DNA of 27,545 bases from a virus (Duplodnaviria; Caudoviricetes). The first letter of the stretch is position 1. Each line of letters opens with the position of its first letter. This document shows positions 1 through 8,305 of this stretch, piece after piece. The stretch is from positions 1 to 27,545 of the IMG/VR virus record IMGVR_UViG_3300048574_000076, one strand, 5' to 3'. The position numbers were made by a program, and so were the translations under genes. The notes under the pieces are model-generated. The model made no database searches. It was not told the DNA's origin and saw only the letters and a list, made by a program, of their open reading frames with translations.

Positions 1-196
1 CGCGCGAGCCGCTGGCTCGCAGCACCGGTAGGGCATGGGTCTGCCGACACCGCCAGCACTGGCCAGCAGGCAGAACGGCACAGCCGCACATGGGTTATCC
101 GGGCCGTGCGGGGCCGCATTGCTCCCAGCGCTCCTCCGGGATTCGCTGGGCTTTATCGACTCGGGCGTATCCCGGGACCAACGGACGGTCACGCTG

Positions 197-277
197 CCCA
201 TGGGGCTGCGAGGTGCACCACCGTCCTGCATAGCGCGAGGGGGGCAGCCACCGTCCAATCCGGTGCAGTCCCATGGG
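197..277 (+). ncRNA. Degenerate tRNA-like element inside a structured non-coding region
   Basis: GGGGCTG (202-208) pairs with CAGTCCC (266-272) followed by A273. The T-arm-like CACCG-TCCAATC-CGGTG (249-265) abuts the 3' strand, and the span is 72 nt. D and anticodon arms are non-canonical. Confidence 0.3.
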
Positions 278-413
278 TCAGAAGTCGGACCTGCCCCGCT
301 CGGCCCGCAGACTCGCCCTCGCCGCTGCAGCGACCGCGCCACACGACACTCAGGGCCGACGGCAGGCCCACACATTGAGCCGGGCGGTATAGCCGGCGGC
401 GAGGGTGGGCAGG

Positions 414-722
414 ATGCCTGGAGGATGGGCCGGTTCGAATCGGCGCGAGACACTGCCTCCCGATTGGGAGCAGCGTCGCACTGACTGCATCCGGCGCGCT
501 GGCGGAAGGTGCGAGGCTGTCCTGCGTGATGGCACACGATGTCGAGCCAGGGCGACTCAGGCCGACCACAAGGTCCCGCACCACCTTGGCGGTAGCGATG
601 ATCTGGCCAACCTAGAGGCACTCTGCGACTGGCACCACGGCCGCAAGTCAAGCCGGGAAGGAAATCAGGCCAAGGCGCGGAAGTGCCAGCGACCCGAACC
701 GAAGCATCCTGGGCTTCTGTAG
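414..722 (+). CDS. HNH endonuclease (packaging-associated, HK97 gp74-like)
   Basis: C-x-C...ATQADHKVP...DDLANLEALCDWHHGRKS HNH motif; typical position just upstream of the terminase genes. Start taken at ATG 414 (GTG 405 also possible). Confidence 0.9.
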   Translation: MPGGWAGSNRRETLPPDWEQRRTDCIRRAGGRCEAVLRDGTRCRARATQADHKVPHHLGGSDDLANLEALCDWHHGRKSSREGNQAKARKCQRPEPKHPGLL

Positions 723-736
723 GGGGGCAGGGAGCC

Positions 737-800
737 TCCCCCCGGGGGGACTCTGCTCATTGGGAAGATGCTGCGTCTGACGCCGTGTACGGGTCTGGGG
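737..800. other. Probable cos (cohesive-end) packaging region
   Basis: Lies between HNH and terminase genes. Contains a perfect palindrome TCCCCCCGGGGGGA (737-750), then GGGAAGATGC-TGCGTCTGACGCCGTGTACGGGT, which resembles the recalled cos + TGCGGC..TGTACGGGT left end of D29-like actinophages. Confidence 0.5.
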
Positions 801-846
801 ATCTGGCTGACTAGGGGGAATGCGCGCGATCCTCACCCCCAACCTC

Positions 847-876
847 TTGTATGCCTGTAACGCTATTCAGTACAAT
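847..876 (+). promoter_or_regulatory. SigA-type promoter giving a leaderless transcript
   Basis: TTGTAT (847-852), N18, TACAAT (871-876); in-frame GTG at 883 after 6 nt, with no Shine-Dalgarno. Confidence 0.65.
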
Positions 877-882
877 GGATCT

Positions 883-1374
883 GTGGCTAGGTGCGATACC
901 TGTGGAGCGGAGTTCATTCAGAACTCGGGCCGCGGTCGAAAGGCGAGGTTCTGCGGAACCCGGTGCCGAGTCGCCTGGCACCGCAGCCACCAGTTCCCAG
1001 CCGTCATGCGGAACTCCCGCCGCTGGGTCCGCGCCGACCGGAAGCGTCCTATTCGCCCGGACAGCAGGCCGGCATCTTCGACGAACCCGACCACCTGGAG
1101 CGACTTCTCCGAAGTGCATACCGGGGCGGGCGACGGCTTCGGGGTGATGCTCGGCAGCGGTCTCGGCTGCTACGACCTCGACCACGTCGGCGACTCCACG
1201 GCCCGCGCCTTCATCGCGACCATCCCGGAGCGGATCCTGTTCGTGGAGCGCTCGATGTCTGGCACTGGAGTCCACGTCTTTGTTGAAGCCCCGGAAGGGC
1301 CGGGCCGACGGCTTCCTGGCGTTGAGCGATATACCCGAGCGCGGTTCATCCGCGTCACCGGAAACCTGATCTAG
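883..1374 (+). CDS. Zn-finger + stand-alone primase-polymerase (AEP, NrS-1-like) domain protein
   Basis: N-terminal CDTC...RGRKARFCGTRCRVAWHR. Catalytic-domain motifs ASSTNPTTW, GDGFGVML, YDLDH, ERSMSGTGVHVF and ERYTRARFIRVTG. No helicase domain. Confidence 0.75.
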   Translation: MARCDTCGAEFIQNSGRGRKARFCGTRCRVAWHRSHQFPAVMRNSRRWVRADRKRPIRPDSRPASSTNPTTWSDFSEVHTGAGDGFGVMLGSGLGCYDLDHVGDSTARAFIATIPERILFVERSMSGTGVHVFVEAPEGPGRRLPGVERYTRARFIRVTGNLI

Positions 1375-1407
1375 GGACCCGGCACTAGCCCGCCTTCCGC
1401 ATCCACC

Positions 1408-1452
1408 AAGGCCGACCCGACACGGGCTGGCCTTTTCCGTCCCGACATGGGA
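1408..1452 (+). repeat. Tandem GACAY-pentaloop hairpins upstream of terS
   Basis: CCC-GACAC-GGG (1416-1426) nested in AAGGCC..GGCCTT, and TCCC-GACAT-GGGA (1440-1452). Confidence 0.6.
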
Positions 1453-1462
1453 GGTGACGAAG

Positions 1463-1927
1463 ATGGCTGGAGTCGGACCTGCACCCAAGGACCCCCATCG
1501 TCGAGCTCGGCGTAACACAGGCGTGGTCGCACTAAGGGTCATCACCGCAGCACCTACCGAGCAGCCTGATCTACCGGACTTCGACGTGGTGGTGAAGGTC
1601 GATGGCCAGATGGTCTCGACCGAGTTTGTTTGGCCTGAGCGCACCCGTGAATGGTGGCGGATGTGGGGAGAGTCGCCCCTGTCGGACGAGTTCACGCAGA
1701 CCGACTGGGACTTCCTGCTCGACACTGCTGTGCTGCACGCTCGCTACTGGAGGGGCGACGTAACGTCGGCCGGAGAGCTTCGCCTTCGGGTGGCGAAGTT
1801 CGGCGCGACGCCGGAGGATAGGGCCCGACTGCGCATCCAATTCGCCCAGGCCGATGAGGCTGAGGGTAGGTCCGGGTCGCCCCCCGCATCATCGTCGCGC
1901 GGACGTCGCGGGCCGCTGACAGCCTGA
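1463..1927 (+). CDS. Terminase small subunit
   Basis: MAGVGPAPKDPHRRARRN start and WPERTREWW..W..SP..DWDFLLDTAVLH..ELRLRVAKFGATPEDRARLR, typical of actinophage TerS. GGAGGTG RBS at 1450-1456. Confidence 0.92.
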   Translation: MAGVGPAPKDPHRRARRNTGVVALRVITAAPTEQPDLPDFDVVVKVDGQMVSTEFVWPERTREWWRMWGESPLSDEFTQTDWDFLLDTAVLHARYWRGDVTSAGELRLRVAKFGATPEDRARLRIQFAQADEAEGRSGSPPASSSRGRRGPLTA

Positions 1928-1934
1928 GTCGACC

Positions 1935-3620
1935 ATGCCGTGGAATCCCACGGTCGAAGGCGAGATTCCCACCCTGGGTTACGGGGTTATTGACTGGATG
2001 TCCGAGGAGTTAAACTCCCCGGACGACCCAGCCTGTGGCCCGATGGTCCTGACCAGGGAGCAGGAGGACTTCGTCCTTCGCTGGTACGCCATCGATCCGC
2101 TGACGGGGCGTTTCGTCCACCGCCGCGGCCTGATTGGTCGGCCCCGTGGTTGGGGCAAGTCCCCGTTCCTCGGAGCTATCGCCCTGGCGGAGGGCATGGC
2201 GGAGGTGCTGTTCGACGGCTGGGATGCTGATGGCCAGCCGGTCGGGAAGCCGTGGTCGACGGTCCGGACGCCGCTGGTCCACATCACTGCGGTGTCGGAG
2301 CAGCAGACGAAGTACACGTGGGACGCCATCCTCGGCATGGTCGAGAACTCTCCCGCCCTCGATGACTACCCCGGCCTTGAGCCGATGGAGACGTTCCTCA
2401 ACTTCCCGATCGGCCAGATGCAGCGCATCACCTCGTCGGATCGCACAGTGAAGGGCGCCAGGTCGATCTTCGCGGTGTTGGACCAGACCGAGGAATGGGT
2501 TCGCTCGAACCGAGGCCTGATCCTCGCCCAGAACGTCCGCACGAACTGCGCGAAGGTGGGCGGGCGGACCATCGAGTCGCCGAACGCCTACATCCCCGGC
2601 GAGGGCTCGGTCGCTGAGGAGACGGCGAAGTTTCAGGAGAAGATCGAACTCGGCAAGACCCGCTCGAGCGACCTTCTGTACGACCACCGCGAGGCACCCG
2701 CCGACACAGACCTAACCGACCGCGAATCGCTGGTCGCCGGCCTGCGGTACGCCTACGGATGCTCCTCCGACCACAAGGACGGCTGCGTTCTCCACGACCC
2801 GCCCTGCAAGCCCGGATGGGCCCCCATCGAGGGCAACGCGGACATGTTCTGGGACCCGGCCAATGACGTGCAGAAGCTGCGCTCGGACTTCCTGAACCAG
2901 ATCACGCACGCCTCGGATTCATGGATCGCCCGGCCGGAGTGGAATGCGCGCTCGGTACAGACTCTCGGGCTCGCTGGTCCCGCGGCGGCCCTGCAGCCGG
3001 GCGATGTGGTCACCCTCGGCTTCGATGGTTCGCGCAAGCGCAAGTACGGCGTCACTGACGCCACGGCGCTGGTCGCGGCCAGGCTCCCTGACGGACTGGT
3101 GCAGCCGATCCGAATCTGGGAGCAACCGGACGGGCCTGAAGGTGCCGATTGGCGCGTGCCTACCGACGAGGTGGATGCCACGGTCGCTGAGGCGTTCTCC
3201 ACCTACCGCGTGGTCGGCTTCTATGCCGACCCGGCGAAGTGGGAAGGCTACGTCGCCCAATGGGAGGCCCGCTACGGGGCCAAGCTGAAGGTGAAGGCGT
3301 CTCGGTCGAACCCGATCGAGTGGTGGATGACCGGCGGCACGAAGGGCAAGATCACCCAAGCCTTGGAACAGTTCCATGACGCGGTGATCGACGGCGAGAT
3401 GACCCATACAGGCAGCGTCACCCTGACCCAGCACGTGCTGAATGCCCGCAAGCGCCGTAACTCGACCGGCTACGGCATCTACAAGGCGTATCCGGAGTCT
3501 GCGGACAAGATCGACGGCGCGATCGCCACCGTTCTGGCGTGGCAGGCGCGACTCGATGCGATTGCGGCCGGTGCTCAGCCGGTGAAACGGAAACGACGCC
3601 AGCCGAGAAGGCTCTACTGA
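1935..3620 (+). CDS. Terminase large subunit
   Basis: Walker A RPRGWGKS, Walker B-like AVLDQTEEW, RNase H-type nuclease motifs TLGFDGS..DATAL and KIDGAIA. Confidence 0.96.
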   Translation: MPWNPTVEGEIPTLGYGVIDWMSEELNSPDDPACGPMVLTREQEDFVLRWYAIDPLTGRFVHRRGLIGRPRGWGKSPFLGAIALAEGMAEVLFDGWDADGQPVGKPWSTVRTPLVHITAVSEQQTKYTWDAILGMVENSPALDDYPGLEPMETFLNFPIGQMQRITSSDRTVKGARSIFAVLDQTEEWVRSNRGLILAQNVRTNCAKVGGRTIESPNAYIPGEGSVAEETAKFQEKIELGKTRSSDLLYDHREAPADTDLTDRESLVAGLRYAYGCSSDHKDGCVLHDPPCKPGWAPIEGNADMFWDPANDVQKLRSDFLNQITHASDSWIARPEWNARSVQTLGLAGPAAALQPGDVVTLGFDGSRKRKYGVTDATALVAARLPDGLVQPIRIWEQPDGPEGADWRVPTDEVDATVAEAFSTYRVVGFYADPAKWEGYVAQWEARYGAKLKVKASRSNPIEWWMTGGTKGKITQALEQFHDAVIDGEMTHTGSVTLTQHVLNARKRRNSTGYGIYKAYPESADKIDGAIATVLAWQARLDAIAAGAQPVKRKRRQPRRLY

Positions 3621-3632
3621 GGAGGAGGTGCC

Positions 3633-5012
3633 GTGGCGCTGCCCCAGACTCCCAGCGAGTGGCTACCCATCCTCACCAAGGGCCTCGACGACCAGCAGTC
3701 CCGAGTGGCGCTGCTCAAGCGCTACATGGACTCCGACGCGCCGCTGCCCGAAATGGGGCCGAACCTGCGGGCCGCTTGGCAGCGGTTCCAGAAGGAGTCG
3801 CGCACCAACTGGGCTCAGCTCATCGTCGGCTCGGTCGCTGACCGCGTCGTTCCGCTCGGCATCGCCATCGCCGGCTCCTCGGAGTCGGATGAGGCGAAGC
3901 TGGCACAGCGGATCTGGCGCGACAACCGCATGGACCTCGTCGTCAAGCAGCTCGTCCGTGACGGTGTCGCCTACCGCGACTCCTACCTGTGCGTCTGGAC
4001 GGGCGACGACGGTCAGGCGATCATCACGTCCGAGTCGGCCGAGTTCATGTACCTGGAGATCGACCCGGTGCAGCCGTGGAAGGTGCGCGCGGCCATCAAG
4101 GTCTGGCGTGATGAGGTGCAGGGCAGCGACTACGCCTATGTGTGGGTACTTGGAGGAAGGCAGAAGTTCTCCCGGCCGACGACGCGCATGGTGGGCAACA
4201 GCAAGAGACTGCACCTCAAGGCCGTGTCCGGGGACTGGCGCGTCGCGTCAGAGTTCGAACCCATCTCTGGCGACATCCCGATCTACGCCTACAGTAACCC
4301 GATCGGCTGGGGCGAGTTCGAGCTCCACCTGGACCTCATCAACCGGATCAACCGCGGCATCCTCCAGCGCCTCGTCACCACCGCCATGCAGGCATTCCGT
4401 CAGCGCGCCCTGAAGCGCAAGGCTGATGGCGCCTACGAGGACGACGGCAAGGATGAAGAGGGCAACGACCAGGACTGGTCGAAGATCTTTGAGCCGGCAC
4501 CCGGAGCGCTCTGGGACCTTCCCGAAGGTGTCGAACTGTGGGAGTCCGGCGTCACCGACATCACCCCAATGCTCTCTGCAGAGAAGGGTGACCTTCGCGA
4601 CCTCGCTGCGGTCACCCGCACGCCGCTGCCCATGCTCGTCCCTGACGGCGCCAACCAGTCGGCCACCGGGGCCGCCGAGATGACTTCCGGCCTGTACTTC
4701 AAAGCTCGTGACTGCGTACAGGTGGTCAAGATCATCCTTGCCGCCGCCCTGCTGAAGGCGATGCGCGCCGAGGGCGTCGAGCCGTCCGGGACCATCGAGG
4801 TGCTGCTGGAGAGCCCGGAGCGGGTCACGATGACCGAGAAGTATGCCGCAGCCGCACAGGCGAAGGGCGCCGGAGAGTCGTGGAAGTCGATCCAGCGCAA
4901 CATCCTCGGCCGCACCCCTGAGCAGATCCAGCAGGACGCTCAGGACCGCGCCGAGGAGCAGTTGGCAGCCGCGATGCTGGTGGGTAGTGGCACTCAGCCC
5001 GGCGCAGCGTGA
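3633..5012 (+). CDS. Portal protein (SPP1 gp6-like)
   Basis: Follows TerL, 459 aa. TNWAQLIVGSVADR, IWRDNRMD and QAFRQRAL motifs; GAGGAGG RBS. Confidence 0.92.
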   Translation: MALPQTPSEWLPILTKGLDDQQSRVALLKRYMDSDAPLPEMGPNLRAAWQRFQKESRTNWAQLIVGSVADRVVPLGIAIAGSSESDEAKLAQRIWRDNRMDLVVKQLVRDGVAYRDSYLCVWTGDDGQAIITSESAEFMYLEIDPVQPWKVRAAIKVWRDEVQGSDYAYVWVLGGRQKFSRPTTRMVGNSKRLHLKAVSGDWRVASEFEPISGDIPIYAYSNPIGWGEFELHLDLINRINRGILQRLVTTAMQAFRQRALKRKADGAYEDDGKDEEGNDQDWSKIFEPAPGALWDLPEGVELWESGVTDITPMLSAEKGDLRDLAAVTRTPLPMLVPDGANQSATGAAEMTSGLYFKARDCVQVVKIILAAALLKAMRAEGVEPSGTIEVLLESPERVTMTEKYAAAAQAKGAGESWKSIQRNILGRTPEQIQQDAQDRAEEQLAAAMLVGSGTQPGAA

Positions 5013-5772
5013 CGCGCTGATCTCGGCCGAGGGTCGACTGACTGCTGACGTGCGGCGGCGCCTCACCGAATATGCGACTCGGCTGTGGGGCTCGATGGGC
5101 TCTTGGCGGGATGCGGATGTGGACCGCTTCATCGAGATCATCATCCCGAAGGTTTTGGCCGGACAGAAACAGGTCGCACAGCTCACCGACACCTACTTGG
5201 CGAAGCTCGCCGAGACGAAGCCCTCCGGAACCATCCACGTGGACGATCTGCGCGGAGTCCCGGATGAGCAGGTCTATCGCAGGCCCGCCACGACGCTCTA
5301 CACGTCACTGAGCAACGGCAGCGACTTCGACCAGGCGCAAAAGGAAGCCACCGCCCGGCTTGTGAGCCTGCTCGCCACCGGCATGCAGATGGCGAAGGTG
5401 AGGCAGGCACGGCAGACGCTCTACACGGCTCGCGGGATTGAGGCGTTCCGTCGGGTGCTTAAGGGCCCGAAGAACTGCACGCTCTGCATCATCGCCTCAA
5501 CGCAGCGGTACTGGAAGCGCGATCTGCTTCCGATTCATCCCGGCTGCGACTGTGAAATCGACACGCTCGGTATCGGTGACCACAGCGAACAGGTGCTTGA
5601 TCGGGATCTGCTCGAGCAGGTGCACGCGCAGGTTGAAGGATTCGTCGGCGCCTCGGATCGCGGTGGGCGAGCCCCCGACTACCGGAAGCTGATCGCCACC
5701 AACGAGCACGGCGAGATCGGCCCGCTCCTGGGCTGGAAGCACCAGAACTTCACCGGTCCCGGCGACATCTAG
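4987..5772 (+). CDS. MuF-like minor head protein / capsid maturation protease
   Basis: Lies between portal and scaffold. FRRVL..CTLCIIASTQRY...PIHPGCDC metal-binding motif and EHGEIGPLL. Start reassigned to GTG 4987, overlapping the portal end. Confidence 0.8.
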   Translation: MALSPAQRDALISAEGRLTADVRRRLTEYATRLWGSMGSWRDADVDRFIEIIIPKVLAGQKQVAQLTDTYLAKLAETKPSGTIHVDDLRGVPDEQVYRRPATTLYTSLSNGSDFDQAQKEATARLVSLLATGMQMAKVRQARQTLYTARGIEAFRRVLKGPKNCTLCIIASTQRYWKRDLLPIHPGCDCEIDTLGIGDHSEQVLDRDLLEQVHAQVEGFVGASDRGGRAPDYRKLIATNEHGEIGPLLGWKHQNFTGPGDI

Positions 5773-5779
5773 ACCCCGC

Positions 5780-5820
5780 CGCCCGACATGGGCGTGCGTC
5801 AACCATCCGACATGGAAGGT
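5780..5820 (+). repeat. Tandem GACAT-pentaloop hairpins upstream of the scaffold gene
   Basis: CGCCC-GACAT-GGGCG (5780-5794) and ACCATCC-GACAT-GGAAGGT (5802-5820). Confidence 0.6.
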
Positions 5821-5830
5821 CCAGTCCATC

Positions 5831-6556
5831 ATGCCCACATCACTGCCGCCCCAACTGGCGGAGATCATCGCAACTCATCGAGGCCTCTTCGGCGGCTTCC
5901 AGATGATGGCCGACGAGCCGCCTGTAGATCCCGCACCGAAGGTCGACCCGCCGAAGCCTGCAGAGTCTCCGAAGCCTGCCGAGCCCAAGACCGCGCCCGA
6001 TGACAAGACCGATTGGAAGGCGGAGGCCGAGAGAGCCAAGGCCGAGCTCGACAAGACAGTGGCTGACCGTGACAAGTGGCAGAACCTGTCCCGCAAGCAC
6101 GAACGCAGGCAACTCGAAGCCCTCGGTTTCGACGCCGACGCCGTCGAGCGGATCATCGCCGAGCAGAAGGCCAACCCGAAGGCTGTCGCGGAAAAGGTCG
6201 CCGGCTACGACGAGCTGGTCAAGCGCATCGAAGGTCTGGAGAAAACCGCCACCGATGCGACCGCACGTGCCGCTGTCGCCGAAGCGGTCTCCACCTACCA
6301 CGTGTCCGCCGAGGATGCCCCGCTGCTCGCGGGACTGTCCGGTGACGCGCTCATCAACCTGGCCAAGCGTCTCGGTCAGGAACCCAAGTCTCCTCCCGCC
6401 GCTCCGTCTCTCGATGGTGCGGGGAAGGTCGGGGCTCCAGTCAGTGGACCCAAGCAGATCGCGACACGCGAGGAATACGCCGCCCTCAGTCCTGAGGAGC
6501 GGCGGGCGGCACGCAAGGACGGCCGACTCAACCAACTTCTCGGCATCACATCCTGA
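5831..6556 (+). CDS. Scaffolding protein
   Basis: Pro/charged N-region, coiled coil with KWQNLSRKHE, C-terminal AARKDGRLNQLLG; directly upstream of the capsid gene. Confidence 0.88.
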   Translation: MPTSLPPQLAEIIATHRGLFGGFQMMADEPPVDPAPKVDPPKPAESPKPAEPKTAPDDKTDWKAEAERAKAELDKTVADRDKWQNLSRKHERRQLEALGFDADAVERIIAEQKANPKAVAEKVAGYDELVKRIEGLEKTATDATARAAVAEAVSTYHVSAEDAPLLAGLSGDALINLAKRLGQEPKSPPAAPSLDGAGKVGAPVSGPKQIATREEYAALSPEERRAARKDGRLNQLLGITS

Positions 6557-6586
6557 TGCCGTCGATCATGAAAGGAACCCACTGAC

Positions 6587-7696
6587 ATGGGAGCCACCAA
6601 CTTCATCCCCCAGGTGTGGAGTGACACCCTGGAGGACCGCTGGGTCGACCGCGCTGTCGGCCCGAACCTCGTCAACCGTGACCACGAAGGCGAGGCCACC
6701 AAGGGCAACACTGTCAAGCTGACCGGCGTCGTCACTCCTGAGGTGAAGGACTACAAGGCGGCCGGGCGGACGATCACCCCGGACGATGTCTCCGACACCA
6801 ACATCGATCTGCCGATCGACCAGGAGAAGGCGTTCGCCTTCTACGTCGATGACATCGACAAGGCTCAGGCCGCGGGCAGCATGGAGGAGTACACCAACGC
6901 CGCCGGCGATGCCCTGGTGACCGACTCCAACCAGTCGCTGTTCCAGACCATGTCTGCGCAGGGCTCGGCGCTGTCGGGCTCGGCCCCGACCGACGGAAAC
7001 TCCGCGTTCAACCTGGTCCGTGACGCGTGGAAGCAGTTGTCGAAGGCCAAGGCGCCGAACGACCAGCGGGTGCTCGTCGCCAACAGCGAGTTCGCCGGCT
7101 ATCTGCTGGGCGCTGACAGCAAGCTGACCGCGTTCGACACCTCCGGCGACGGGGAAGGCCTGCGAAACGCCACCATCGGCAACCTGCTCAACTTCCGCAC
7201 CGTCGTCTCCGACGACCTGCCGGAAGTCGACGGTCCCGCTTTCCTGGCCTTCCACAGCCGGGCTGCAGCCTATGTGGGCCAGATCAATGAGATCGAAGCG
7301 CTCCGGGCCCCGAACAAGATCGCCGACATCGTCCGTGGCCTGAACGTCTACGGATCGAAGGTCGTCAAGGCCAACGGCGTGTGGGTTTTCGGCATCACTC
7401 AGGGCACTCTCACTGGCACTCCTGCTGCCGAGAAGTGGACCCTGGCGATCACTGGCGCCCCGACGGGCGGCACCTTCACCCTGACGGTTGGCTCCACCGC
7501 CACCGCGAACATCGCCTACAACGCCGACAACGCGGCAGTCGCTGCCGCGCTCAACGCGCTGAACGGTGTTTCCGGAGCGAAGGTGTCCGGCACCACCACC
7601 CGGGTGATCACCTTCCAGACGGCTGTCAAGCTCGCCGCGGCCGGTTCGTTCACCGGCGGTACGACCCCGGCGATCACCGTCACCGCGACTGCCTGA
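6587..7696 (+). CDS. Major capsid protein with C-terminal extension
   Basis: NFIPQVWS..VNRDHEGEA..GNTVKL..IDQEKAFAFYVDDIDKAQ..IVRGLNVYGSKVV (P22-coat/N4-gp56-like family), followed by about 95 extra aa. AAAGGA RBS. Confidence 0.93.
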   Translation: MGATNFIPQVWSDTLEDRWVDRAVGPNLVNRDHEGEATKGNTVKLTGVVTPEVKDYKAAGRTITPDDVSDTNIDLPIDQEKAFAFYVDDIDKAQAAGSMEEYTNAAGDALVTDSNQSLFQTMSAQGSALSGSAPTDGNSAFNLVRDAWKQLSKAKAPNDQRVLVANSEFAGYLLGADSKLTAFDTSGDGEGLRNATIGNLLNFRTVVSDDLPEVDGPAFLAFHSRAAAYVGQINEIEALRAPNKIADIVRGLNVYGSKVVKANGVWVFGITQGTLTGTPAAEKWTLAITGAPTGGTFTLTVGSTATANIAYNADNAAVAAALNALNGVSGAKVSGTTTRVITFQTAVKLAAAGSFTGGTTPAITVTATA

Positions 7697-7714
7697 CCTG
7701 AAGGAGGTGAGGGG

Positions 7715-8305
7715 ATGATGCAGGCTCTGGCTGAAGCCACCGACGTGGCAGCGGTGCTGGGTCGTCCCCTCACCATCGATGAGGTGAGGCGCGTCGACGC
7801 CATTCTGCAGAAGGCCTCCGAACTGTTCCGCAGGGCGGCCCGACAGGATTTCACGTCAGATGAGTCCACGTCGCGGCTCAAGGTGAACGGCGGGATCGTG
7901 GTGCTGCCACAGCGCCCCGTAACTGGCATCACATCAGTCGTAGACGACACCGGTATAGATGTGCCATACATCCAGCAGGCCGGCCGGCTTCAGGTCTTCG
8001 ACCCCGGATGCCCGTCACTGCCGCTCGGCTCAGACGCCTTCGTGAACGTCACCTACAGTCACGGTGGAACCGTCCCCGACCTGGTGCGATTGACCGTGGC
8101 CGAGGTTGCCAAGAAGGTGCTCAGCATCGACCCGCAGGCCGCGTCAGGTGCCACCAACGGCTCCCACACGGCAGGACCGTTCTCCGAGTCGCTTACCTAC
8201 GCCAACTGGGCGCAGGGCGGGCAGACGATGCTCGCACCCGATGACCTCGCCATCGCTAGGTCGTACCGGGTGAGGGTGCCAACCGTGTGGGTGCAACAGC
8301 CGTGA
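7715..8305 (+). CDS. Head-to-tail adaptor
   Basis: LAEATDVAAVLGRPLT..., LPQRPVTGITSV, TAGPFSESLTY; position after the capsid gene. Confidence 0.85.
   Translation: MMQALAEATDVAAVLGRPLTIDEVRRVDAILQKASELFRRAARQDFTSDESTSRLKVNGGIVVLPQRPVTGITSVVDDTGIDVPYIQQAGRLQVFDPGCPSLPLGSDAFVNVTYSHGGTVPDLVRLTVAEVAKKVLSIDPQAASGATNGSHTAGPFSESLTYANWAQGGQTMLAPDDLAIARSYRVRVPTVWVQQP

Noticed and set aside
202-273. Functional canonical tRNA
   Set aside because: No U8, no GG D-loop and no 5-bp/7-nt anticodon arm; kept only as a tRNA-like element.
35-484. 149-aa and 90-aa plus-strand ORFs at the window start
   Set aside because: Low-complexity Pro/Arg/Gly translations with no motifs or RBS; the longer one overlaps the HNH gene out of frame.
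2470-2500. Walker B reading DQ instead of DE as a sign of an inactive terminase
   Set aside because: I recall DQTEEW as a normal variant in this actinophage TerL group, and the rest of the gene is intact.
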